From Octopus sinensis (lineage: Eukaryota), in NCBI RefSeq assembly GCF_006345805.1, contig NC_042999.1, forward strand, positions 70,060,001-70,124,000: DNA of 64,000 bases, in the 5' to 3' direction. The notes under the pieces are model-generated. The model was given only the letters and a program-made list of their open reading frames with translations, was not told the origin of the DNA and made no database searches. Shown here in pieces: positions 10,820 to 22,011 of this stretch; position 1 is the stretch's first letter; each line of letters opens with the position of its first letter. The translations under genes and the position numbers were made by a program.

Positions 10820-13800
10820 ATATATATAGTAACCACAAGGACCACACACCCACTACCAACAAGAAAATCATACACACACAGCTCCATACAAGAACTACCC
10901 ACATTGTTACCACTGAGCAACATAAAACATAACTTAGAACAATGCAAACATCAAACTTCCCTTACCTCGACATTCCTGTTAAATGTACGTGGCATCAACC
11001 CATCAATTATTGCCCAAAAATGGAAGATTCCATATATAGAGAGTTGGCCTGCCGAAACGGCACATTGCTTCCCTTTCTTTATCCTTACCGAGACCCACCT
11101 GAACAACACCCATATGGACGCCGAGGTGAAAATAAAAGATTTCACCATTGTTCGTGCGGATCGCACAGACCGAAATAAGGGAGGAACAGCCATCTTTATC
11201 CATGACACCTTTTCACTTGATGCCAAGGACATATTTTCCAATGGCTATTGTGAATCTGTATCACTATTCAGCAAGGCCAAGGACATAATCATTGTTGGTC
11301 TTTACAGGCCTCCCCAAGCACCTCTAAAGTGCTTTGAAGAGTGCCTTAGCAAAGTCAAGTCCTTCCTTCGGAAGTATAACTCCGGAAACATACTAGTGAT
11401 GGGTGATTTTAACCTCCCTCATGTGAACTGGCCCACAAATACTCTGAAGTTAGGCAAATGCTCTACATCAGATAGAGCAGCAGCAGAACTGCTCTTTAAT
11501 CTGATGGATGAATACTTCCTGACTCAGCTAGTGCTCGAACCAACGAGGCAGAATAAAACGATCTTGGATCTGGTATTGACCAATCACTCTAGCTTCGTTC
11601 ACAGCATTTCAGTTGAAAACACTCTCCTCTCAGACCACGACATGGTACTCTGCAATTTTAATTCCCGACATATAAAAACCAAACCAGCCAATCCCACTCC
11701 ACGGCACTCATTTGACAACATAAACTTCCACAAAGCGGACTGGGGAGCAATCAGAAAGGATCTGTCTTTCATCGGCTGGTCTTTTACTCTCAATTCCACC
11801 CATATTGAGACCGCATGGCAGCACTTTGAAAACATTGTCACCTATACTGCTCTAAACACGCTCCCACGAAATCTACTAACACAAACAGAAACCGGCTCCC
11901 TAAAAAGAAAAAAAACACTCATCAGGCGTATCTAAAGACTCAACAAAAAAATCAACTAATTAAAATATTCCCACACACAACATCCACATTCAACAACAAT
12001 GAAAAGGCTAGAGCTGGAAAAACTTCATCTGCAGACCGACATGAAAACCTCCATTGAAAATCAAAGAGCTGTGGAGGAACAGTGGATAGTCAAAAACATC
12101 AAACAGAACCCAAAAGTGTTCTATTCTTATGCAAATAAGCATAGAACCACTGCCTCACCCATTGGGCCATTGATTGATGATAACGGCATTCCCCAACACG
12201 ATGCTAAAGAAATGGCAGAAATACTGCAGAAACAATACTGCTCTGTCTTCAGTGTTCCCACTGATATTGACGTAAGAGAAGCGAACGAAGTTGACTCCCA
12301 ACATAAAATCTCAGACATAACCTTCACTGCCACTGACGTCATAGCAGCAATAAATGAGGTCAAATACTACTCTGCTGTAGGCCCTGATAGATACCCCGCT
12401 AGTCTCCTGAAGGAATGTAGACACCAACTTGCAGTCTCTCTGACCAACCTCTGGAGAAATTCGTTAGACGCAGGTTATATACCGAAACAGTTTCTATCCC
12501 AGTCAGTCATCCCGGTTTTCAAACAGGGAAACATATCCCTCGCAGTCAACTATCGCCCAATCTCACTCACCTCCCACATCATTAAAGTGTTTGAAAGAGT
12601 GTTAAGATCAAGGATAGCTGACTTCCTGGAGACCCACAAACTCCTAAATGCAAATCAGCATGGCTTTCGCTGTGGCAGGGACTGTCTAACACAGCTCTTA
12701 CACCACATTAAAGATGTACTCAAAGCCTTGGGAACAGGTTCGAACTCTGATGCCATATATCTTGACTTCAGTAAAGCGTTCGACAGGGTAGACCATAATA
12801 TCCTACTCTCAAAATTGGCAAATGTTGGAATCCGTGGAAAAGTTCTACACTGGATTAAGTATTTCCTGGCGAATAGAACACAACATGTTGTAGTTGATGG
12901 AGTCCACTCAAGCCCAGCAAAAGTCACCAGCGGTGTCCCCCAGGGGACTGTCTTGGGTCCGCTACTCTTCATAATTTACATAAACGACCTTTCCAGTGTC
13001 GTACATTACTGCAAAGTGAAAATATTTGCTGATGACACTAAGCTCCAGCAAATCGTCAATGAAGAAGCAGACCGATCTCAACTCCAGTCTGATCTATATA
13101 CTGTGAGTCAATGGGCAGACAGAAACAAAATGCAACTGAACGAGGGAAAATTTGAGCTGATGCATTTTGGAAGAAATTCCTCACTAAAACAGCCATACTC
13201 TCTTCCTTCAGGGGAACCGCTCACAGCCTCTAACAATATCAGAGACCTGGGTGTAATTGTTGACAACGATCTCAGTTGGAGTGCACACATCAACAAGAAG
13301 GTCGATATAGCTCGTAGGATGAGTTCCTAGATCTTAAGAACTTTCCGGTCCAGAGAACAAGGTGTCCTCATACCACTTTTCTTCTCCTTTGTACGGCCAC
13401 ACCTCGAATACTGCTGCCCACAGTGGTCTCCCCATACAAGACAAAACATCTCGAGGATTGAATCACCCCAGAGGGCACTCACTAAACGAATTGAAGGCAT
13501 GGCTGCTCTCGATTATTGGGATCACCTTAAAGCCTTGAAACTCTACTCTCTCCAGCGTCGCCGTGAGCGGTACATCATTTGTACGATGTGGAGAATATAC
13601 CGCCAACTTTTCCCAAACGACCTGAACATTAGCTTCAAGGTTCATCCAAGACTGGGACCACGGGCCATACGTCCCCTGCCCAATTCAAGATCACAACATA
13701 CATGTACACTGCAACATAATTTCTTTTCCTCAACAGGCCCTGCCCTATTTAACATTGTCCCAAAAGAGATCAAAGAGGAAAAGGATCCCATCAACTTTAA

Positions 13801-14003
13801 ACGGAGTCTGGATAGATTCCTTCAAAGAATACCAGATAAGCCACCCATAATTGGATACAGTTCACCCAACAAAAACTCACTATTTGAATGGACCATAAAC
13901 AAAACTTGACTTAAACAGGATTCAAATAATCCTATCAGGTGGTGCTATTAAGTTAGACATGGTCTGGACCAATCTTTGGTCGAAACATATCTAAGTTTAT
14001 CTA

Positions 14004-14010
<7 letters not shown>
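10820..14010 (+). mobile_element. CR1/L2-group LINE, 5'-truncated, near-intact ORF2
   Basis: APE-RT ORF2 followed by a short 3' UTR and a (CTAAGTTTAT)2 tail running into (AT)n. The 5' boundary is approximate. Confidence 0.9.
10904..13909 (+). pseudogene. LINE ORF2: apurinic-type endonuclease + reverse transcriptase, interrupted
   Basis: APE motifs NVRGI, LTETHL, YRPP, MGDFNLP, LDLVLTN, SDH. RT motifs YRPISLTS, QHGFR, YLDFSKAFD, SGVPQGTVLGP, FADDTK. C-terminal YSLQRRRERY. The three ORFs share one frame, with stops near 11935, 11960 and 13330 (TGG>TAG inferred). Confidence 0.92.
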
Positions 14011-14055
<45 letters not shown>

Positions 14056-14094
14056 AATTAAATTAGAGATAAAACCACTATTATGTATTTCATT

Positions 14095-14470
14095 ATTACT
14101 CTTTACTCTTTTATTTGTTTCAGTCATTTTGACTGCGGCCTTTAATCGAACAACTCGACCCCGGGACTTATTCTTTTGTAAGCCTAGTACTTATTCTATC
14201 GCTCCCTTTTGCCGAACCGCTAAGTAACGGGGACATAAACACACCAACATCGGTTGTCGAGCAATGCTAGGGGGACAAACACACACACGCATATATATAT
14301 ATATATACGACGGGCTTCTTTCAGTTTCCGTCTACCAAATCCACTCACAAGGCTTTGGTCGGCCCGAGGCTATAGAAGAAGACACTTGCCCAAGGTGCCA
14401 CGCAGTGGGACTGAACCCGGAGCCATGTGGTTGGTAAACAAGCTACTTACCACACAGCCACTCCTGCGCC
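14095..14470 (-). mobile_element. SINE family B, near full length
   Basis: tRNA-like head (ggcgcaggagtggctgtgtggtaagtagc...gggttcagtccc), internal TA/CA microsatellite, (AGAGTAA)-type tail. Confidence 0.85.
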
Positions 14471-15530
14471 TATTAGATTATAACTATACGTTTTTTGTAA
14501 GTTATTACTTAGCCAACGAGATATATAGATTGTTAAATAGTTATACGGGTTTTTTTGTTTTTTTTTAAGATGGGTTATACGTTTATAATTTGCTTTTTCA
14601 TCTTTAATTTTTAAATATTTTTCATAAATATATTACATTAATGTTTAATATTCACGTAAGTAATAATGGAATAATTAATTTATTTAGTTTTCATTATACG
14701 TCTACATATTTATTGATAGAGAAAATTTTAGATCTTAATTATTATATTTATTCATAATAATTTAATTATTATTCTTAAATATTTTATAATTATTAGATTT
14801 GAACTTAATTTAAAAATATGAATAGTGATTATTTAGTTAAATAATTTGGTAATTAGATATTAACTATAACTAAGATTAGGATATTCGTGAGTTTATTATG
14901 ATTTTTAAAGCCATATTATATCCTAATAGATAAATACATTTTCTATCTATTTTTACCTTAAAAATTAATATTTAACATTATAATTGGGTTGTATGACATA
15001 ATCCTAATCGTTAAAGTTTCTAATTTGATAATAGTTTTTTATAAGAAAAATTATTATTTTATTTATTTCTTAAAAAAATTTGTTTAAATATATTTGCTTA
15101 TTTATTTAACTATTGTCATTAACCTGAAGATTGACTATATTTATAATTCGAATTTTTAATTGAATTTTTAATTCAATTTAAATTAATTGTAATTCGAATT
15201 GGGTTATGGCCATGAAACGTACGTAGTGGTTTTACTTAAAAGTTTAAAAATGTATAAATTTTAAATTTAAAAAATATTAAAAAATATAACAATTTATAAA
15301 TATAAATTAAAAATTTTAAATTCAAATAATTTAAATTTTAAATTTTATATATTTTGTGTATTATATTAATTATATTTATTTTTATGTTTTGGTTTATATT
15401 TTTCACTGTTTGATTTGCCTAATAGTGGTTTTATCTCTAATTTAATTTATATTTATACTGTGAAATTTGATTTAATCCTAAATCTAATATTTCCCTGTAA
15501 GTTTAGGTTTACTCCCTAATATTATTATTA
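14471..15530 (+). mobile_element. Extremely AT-rich element carrying a hammerhead motif; probable decayed Penelope-like 3' end
   Basis: Lines counted have 3-12 G+C per 60 nt. HHR core at 15124-15225. Weak GIY-YIG-like residue pattern (IW*LDINYN*D*DI) upstream. Confidence 0.45.
15118..15230 (+). ncRNA. Type I hammerhead ribozyme, degenerate
   Basis: CTGAAGA (15124-30), stem II TGACTAT/ATGGCCA, GAA, palindromic stem III ACGTACGT (15217-24), GUA site. Stem I is weak. Confidence 0.6.
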
Positions 15531-15533
15531 TTA

Positions 15534-15599
<66 letters not shown>

Positions 15600-15601
<2 letters not shown>

Positions 15602-16318
15602 TCTTTTACTTGATTCAGTCATTTGACTGTGGTCATGCTGGAGCATCGCCTTTAGTCGAGCAAATCGATTCTTTGTAAGTCTAGTACTTATTCTATTGGT
15701 CACTTGTGCCGAACCGCTAAGTTACGGGGGCATAAACACACCACTATTGGTTGTCAAGCGATATTGGGGGGGACAAACACAAACACACACACACACACAC
15801 ATATACATATATATATATGACGGGCCTCTTTCAGTCTCCGTCTACCAAATCCACTCACAAGGCTTTGGTCGGCACGAGGTTATAGTAGAAGCACGTGACT
15901 AAGGTGTCACGCAGTGGGACTGAACCCGGAACCATGTGGTTGGTATGCAAGCTACTTACCACAATCTCAGGTGCAGGAGTGGGTGTGTGGTAAGAAGCTT
16001 GCTTACCAACCACATGTCTCCATGTCCAGTTCTACTGTGCAAGTGTCTTCTACTGTAACTTCGGGCCAACCAAAGCCTTGTGAGTAGATTTGGTAGGCGG
16101 AAACTGAAGGAAGCCTGTCGTATATACTTGTGTGTCTTTTTCACCCCCACCCCACCACTACCACCACCATCGTTTGACAACCAATGTTAGCACGTTTACG
16201 TTCCCGTAACTTAGTTCGGCAATAGAGGCCGATTGAATAAGTCCTGCGGTAGATTCGTTCGACTAAAGGCGGTGCCCCAGCATGGTCGCAGTCAAATGAC
16301 AGAAAGAAGTTAAAGAAT
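15600..16318. mobile_element. Head-to-head inverted pair of SINE family B copies (15600-15962 minus, 15968-16318 plus)
   Basis: Both copies match family B in opposite orientation and are almost adjacent. Confidence 0.8.
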
Positions 16319-16469
16319 AAACGAATACACGCATATACATATACACACATACATACATAATAAATATATATATATACATACGCAATGAACATATATATAC
16401 ATAAAAATATGTATGTGTACACACGCACATTTAGGCACACACACGCACGTACGCACAGCTACAATTCTA

Positions 16470-16536
<67 letters not shown>

Positions 16537-16637
16537 CATATATATATATGTATATGTATATATATACATATACATATACATATATATATGTATATATATA
16601 CATATATATATGTGTATATATATACATATGTATATAT

Positions 16638-17862
16638 AGCAACGAATTGCCTCACCACACACCGAATTTAGAAATAGCAGTCAAAGAGTTATAGCTATTC
16701 TTTCTACTAAAAGGGAGATCTCAGTAAAAACACAGCACTTGAAAGGCAAACACAGACAGGTAAGAGAGAATGAAATGACGGCAATCTATCATACAATTTT
16801 AAGTCACCCACGGACGTACGTTTCGAAATTAAGTTTTAGGAAAGCATAAGAATTAGATAATTATGTCTTACCCAACTTCTTTTCTCATCAGCGTAGGACA
16901 CTACAATTATGAATAATTGTATATTAAATTTCGAGATACTAGAAGGCATCATCTCAACTCAGTATCAGAGCGAGCTAAAGCCGTTACCAGTATCACCAAA
17001 TTCAAAGTGTGAATGAAAGTTTGTGTCACCAACCCCTTCCCACCCGCGTGTAGCCAAGACAAGATGCTGTGGTCATTTACTGGGATGAAATATGGTTATC
17101 AGCAACAATATAGGGTGAAATTAATTAATTTGGAATAATCATTAATTACACCAAGTAGATTTCGGCATGTAAAAGCCTCATTCGAGGAAAGTTTAAGTAA
17201 TACTAAGTAATTAAGGGTTTAGCAACGAATTGCCTCACCACACACCGAATTTAGAAATAGCAGTCAAAGAGTTATAGCTATTCTTTCTACTAAAAGGGAG
17301 ATCTCAGTAAAAACACAGCACTTGAAAGGCAAACACAGACAGGTAAGAGAGAATGAAATGACGGCAATCTATCATACAATTTTAAGTCACCCACGGTGAA
17401 TGAAAGTTTGTGTCACCAACCCCTTCCCACCCGCGTGTAGCCAAGACAAGATGCTGTGGTCATTTACTGGGATGAAATATGGATATCAGCAACAATATAG
17501 GGTGAAATTAATTAATTTGGAATAATCATTAATTACACCAAGTAGATTTCGGCATGTAAAAGCCTCATTCGAGGAAAGTTAAAATTGTATGATAGATTGC
17601 CGTCATTTCATTCTCTCTTACCTGTCTGTGTTTGCCTTTCAAGTGCTGTGTTTTTACTGAGATCTCCCTTTTAGTAGAAAGAATAGCTATAACTCTTTGA
17701 CTGCTATTTCTAAATTCGGTGTGTGGTGAGGCAATTCGTTGCTAAACCCTTAATTACTTAGTATTACTTAAACTTTCCTCGAATGAGGCTTTTACATGCC
17801 GAAATCTACTTGGTGTAATTAATGATTATTCCAAATTAATTAATTTCACCCTATATTGTTGC
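16638..17862 (-). mobile_element. Hammerhead-containing 583-bp unit with partial tandem and inverted copies (retrozyme/Penelope pLTR-like), element X1
   Basis: 16638-16812 repeats at 17221-17395 (period 583). 17009-17193 repeats at 17396-17580. 17579-17862 is the reverse complement of 17102-17385. Flanked by (TA)n. Confidence 0.85.
16807..16897 (-). ncRNA. Type I hammerhead ribozyme, canonical core
   Basis: Minus strand: CCTACG-CTGATGA-GAAA..long stem II..TTTC-GAA-ACGTACGT-C/CGTGGG. Stem I 6 bp, G10.1-C11.1, GUC triplet. Confidence 0.88.
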
Positions 17863-18095
17863 ATATGTATATATATATACATATGTATATATATATATAC
17901 ATATGTATATATACATATGTATATATATACATATATATATATGTGTATATATATACATATATATATATGTATATATATACATATATATATATGTGTATAT
18001 ATAAACATATATATATATGTGTATATATATATACATATATATATGTGTGTATATATATACATATATATATATGTGTATATATATATATACATATA

Positions 18096-18131
<36 letters not shown>

Positions 18132-18444
18132 TGTATGTATGTATGTATGTATGTATGTATGTATAGAGACAGAGACAATGAGTGAGAGAGAGAGATGGGG
18201 GTATTTCTCATATCTTAATGTCTTAACTGAAAGAATATGGTTCAGCTTAAAATACCTTCAGGAAAACTATATCTAGTTTTGTTGAAGTACTTCACAAACA
18301 TTGAGGTTTTCTTTCAACACAAGTTATTTGTTTAGGATTGTACTTCCTGTCTTAATGTAACTTCTATTTTCTGATCATGACTTTGTGTGATAGAGTTATC
18401 TTATTTGTTTTGGTTTCCCCTCTTCTCGCCCCTTCTTTTTTCTT

Positions 18445-18515
<71 letters not shown>

Positions 18516-19271
18516 ATTTATTTATCTATCTCTATCTATCTCACTTTCCTCTATTTTTCTCTGATAGTTTTATGGCACGAAGTAGATGTGTAACTTGCTC
18601 TAATTTCTAACTAAGCATTAACTTCAGAATGACGCTTCTTGAAAAAAGTAAAGCTACATTCGAGGAATAGTTTTCAGTGGAATTGTTTGATAAGATAAGA
18701 AAACAACGATCGAAGAATGCCAGGAAAGGCACTAGGAGAATGTAGAACGGAAATAATAGAAAATTGTATGTAGAAAAAAATTACTAAAGCATACAATGTC
18801 AGATTCTGTTGACTTTTGTAAGATGTTCATCATTTCGAAATGTCAGAAAATGTGCACTCAATGAAAGAGCTTTTAGGTGGTCCTTTGAACTGTTAGAAAT
18901 AACAGTCAAATATCCATCAAATCGTACTCTACTATGTTTGAAAGAGAAAGGACACTTTAGTTAATTTCTTTCTATATGATCCTAAAATATTAAGTGATCA
19001 TTTTAGGTGATCGTAGGTCTGATAAATCAGAACTATTACATTCGAGCTGTTAGAAATAGCCATCAAATATCGCTTAAAATTGCACCTTGCTGCCATGAAT
19101 ATAAAAAAAGATACATTGACAATGTAGTCTTTGGTGTGCTCCTAAAAGGACGAGGGCGACACGGTTGGAATACATTTTACATACATGCGCTCGATCAGAG
19201 TTCACTTGCAAGTCAATACCAACAGATAGACAAACTATGGAATACACAAAAACATTCTCTTGTCGAGCATG

Positions 19272-19491
19272 TACGGGGGGCACTGAAAAGTTCCTGACTT
19301 TGGGTAAAAGAAAATAAAAGGGGATTAGTTAATTATGATTTCATTCAACATATTCGCCTTTCGGATTCATACACTTATTGCAGCGGTCCCTCAGTTTTTC
19401 TAAGCCCGGTAAAAGAACTCGGAAGGTTGAACCACGAACCAGGCATATCGCGATACCATTAGAGCCAAGACCTTTTCAGCAACCCCTCGTA
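19272..19491. mobile_element. Mariner-derived MITE (about 220 bp)
   Basis: Ends tacggggggcactgaaaagt / ccttttcagcaacccctcgta. A reverse-oriented copy lies at 49583-49801. Confidence 0.8.
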
Positions 19492-20884
19492 TTGCTGCTT
19501 AGTACCTTGTGAGCCCTCATCGAGCAGACTTCTGGTTAACGTAATTCTAACCGTGAACATCCCATTTTATCTCATATTACATTATCCAGCGTATCCTTCT
19601 ATCATTTTTAGAGATTTAAGGGAGATTCGGTTGCTAATTTTAACATATTAAGCAGCAACTACGTTGTCTCCTTCGCCAGCTCGTTGTGAATAGGACAAGA
19701 ATGGTGGCGGTCGTTATCTAAAACAAATCCCTTCATCTACTTTATATGGTCTTGCCAGAAGGAGAAGGGCAATATCAACATCCTTACTACAAGGACTTCG
19801 AGATTGGGGGAATGATTGGAATTTGGTAAAAGACCACATTTCGTGTGATATGTTTTATCAGAAAATTTTATTCGAATGCTTGATCCACGTGGACTTTAAT
19901 AAAGACACTCAAAAGCTAGATGGTGGTGTTAAACTGGGAGACGGATTAACCGTACTACTAATGAAACTTACTCAAAAGCAACATATCCAACAATATAAAA
20001 ATCGTTAAACTTTTTGTGTCACACTATTGTTCTTTCTGAGGGTTAAACTGCCACCAACACTGTTTTAGAGGAATATAATGTAGTCTGAGATGACGTGGGA
20101 TGGTTGCAGATAGAATGCCTTTGTTCTACTCGATCAGAATTCATTTGAGGTTAAACAATACATGTTGTCCTGAAAGGGAATAGTCAGTATATTGCTATTT
20201 AACTCCACATCAACTCCGTTCAAACAAACCTATAATCAAAGACATCTCAGCTATGGCCATAAGGTGTTTTAGGAGTATATCTTGGGCTACAGTATCCAAT
20301 GGGTCATTTCTTTATTTAAGACATAATTAAACAGTAAAGTTTGAAGGGAGTTGTCAAACACTGAGGGACAAGTAGAAAAACGACACATACACGCAGCGAG
20401 AAAGGACGGGAGGAAAAAAGTAAAAGAAAATAGCGAATGAGAAAAAAGAAAAAAGAAATATTTATTAAATGTAAATATCTCGACAAATTCCTCTTATTGA
20501 AGAATTAACTACACACAGCGAGAAAGAACGAGAGGGAAAAAATAAAAGAAAAAGGGGAATGAGGAAAAAGAAAAAAGAGACATTCATTAAATGTAAGCAT
20601 GTGGACAAATTCCTCTTATTGAACTGGAAAATACAACCCTCTCTGGATTAAGCATCCACTCTCACAAACTTTAACATTTCTCGTTGAATTAATTACACCA
20701 ACCATATTTTTTCCGATTCTAACGAGTGAAAGGGATGCAACTCTTATTTCCTTTACCATGTTCTTTTACCGTGTTTCTTTTCCATTTTTCTCATTCTACT
20801 TTTTTTGTTTTACTTGTTGCCTCTCGTTCTTTGTCACTTATTTCTCAAAAACCAACTATGTTGTATTTTGAGTGTAAATGGTCG

Positions 20885-20954
<70 letters not shown>

Positions 20955-21005
20955 GATGTACTCGCATAGCAAGTGATTTGATCTGAGATCGTGTGCTGGA
21001 ACGAA

Positions 21006-21165
21006 AACAATTGCAGCGTGGAAGGTGTTTGTAAGCCATTTAAGAAACACACAAAAACCGTTCACTGACAAAAATCCGTGCTGCATCTCTTAAATGTTGA
21101 AGTGAATCGAACGGCTTTTGTGTGTTTCTTAAATGGCTTACAAACACCTTCCACGCTGCAATTGT

Positions 21166-21166
<1 letters not shown>
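21006..21166. repeat. Fold-back inverted repeat, 57-bp arms
   Basis: 21006-21062 is near-perfectly complementary to 21110-21166. Confidence 0.9.
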
Positions 21167-21217
<51 letters not shown>

Positions 21218-21221
21218 TGTG

Positions 21222-21365
21222 TGTGACAGGCTTCTTCCAGTTTCCGTCTACCAAATCCTCTCACAAGGCTTTGGCCCAGGGTTATAGTAGAAGACACTTG
21301 CCCGAGATGCTGCGTAATGGGACTGAACCGAAGTAAGCTTTATAACAACACAGCCATCTCTGCGT
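21222..21365 (-). mobile_element. SINE family B, 5' half
   Basis: Matches the family B head. Confidence 0.7.
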
Positions 21366-21431
21366 CAGATATAGATATAAGAATTGATTTTATATTTAAT
21401 GAGAAACTACAAAAGTATTGATTTTACTTAC

Positions 21432-21510
21432 GTTTAACGCACTTGGTCTTTCGATTTGTCGCTATATGCCCAGGAAGACAACGGCATTTGTTAGCAACAC
21501 ATTCAGAATT
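21432..21510 (-). CDS. Host-gene exon, EGF/EB-like Cys-rich module (79 bp, phase 0-1)
   Basis: ttttatccag|NSECVANKCRCLPGHIATNRKTKCVK|gtaagt; C-x4-C-x-C-x2-G pattern. Confidence 0.75.
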
Positions 21511-21716
21511 CTGGATAAAATCAGTACAGCGACAACACGTTTTGTGTTGCTGACACGGACTGTCGACACGTTTGGCTGAAATAAATTACAATGTAATTAA
21601 TCAGAGAATCTTAACTAGTTTATTGGAATTGTACTTACTTATCTGGCAAGTGACTTGATCTGAGGCTGTGTTGAAATTTCAATTTTTACACTTTAGAAGC
21701 GCTATGGACTATTATA

Positions 21717-22011
21717 CATTTATCCTCGTTCATCGCGGATTCATTTATCAACGATTCTGAAAAATGCAGTATGCCCATTGCGAACAGTGTTACGCTTATC
21801 ACGAATTGATCCTTCATAACTGAATCGACGATCAGTCAAAGATTGAGCTTGGAGCGCAAAATTGCACCTCAGCGACCATCCACAAGTCTCAGTGCTACAT
21901 GGGGTCTCGAAACGAAACCTGTTTTCTCCTATGGACGATTATTTATTCCTCACTGATTCATTAAACACGGTGTTCTTTTAACCAAAGGCCCGTGATAAAC
22001 GAGGGTAGATG
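21717..22011. mobile_element. Tc1/pogo-type MITE with TA target duplication
   Basis: TA-catttatcctcgttcatcgcgg ... cccgtgataaacgagggtagatg-TA. Confidence 0.7.

Noticed and set aside
13950-13992. Hammerhead at the LINE 3' end (CTG-GACC..GGTC-GAAAC)
   Set aside because: The ANGA part of the core is absent; more likely the LINE 3' recognition stem-loop.
14471-15530. Nuclear mitochondrial insertion (rRNA or control region)
   Set aside because: None of the conserved 12S/16S motifs I know could be found, and the segment contains a hammerhead matching nuclear repeats. A BLAST would settle it.
17777-17804. Second hammerhead in X1 (CTCGAATGAGGC...GCCGAAA)
   Set aside because: The core is CGAAUGA rather than CUGANGA, there is no stem I or III, and the bases are better explained as P4 and P2 of the shared domain.
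19915-19950. Shared DGxVKLxDGL peptide with 52015-52050 as duplicated exons
   Set aside because: Only about 30 nt of similarity with no splice signals; probably an old repeat fragment.
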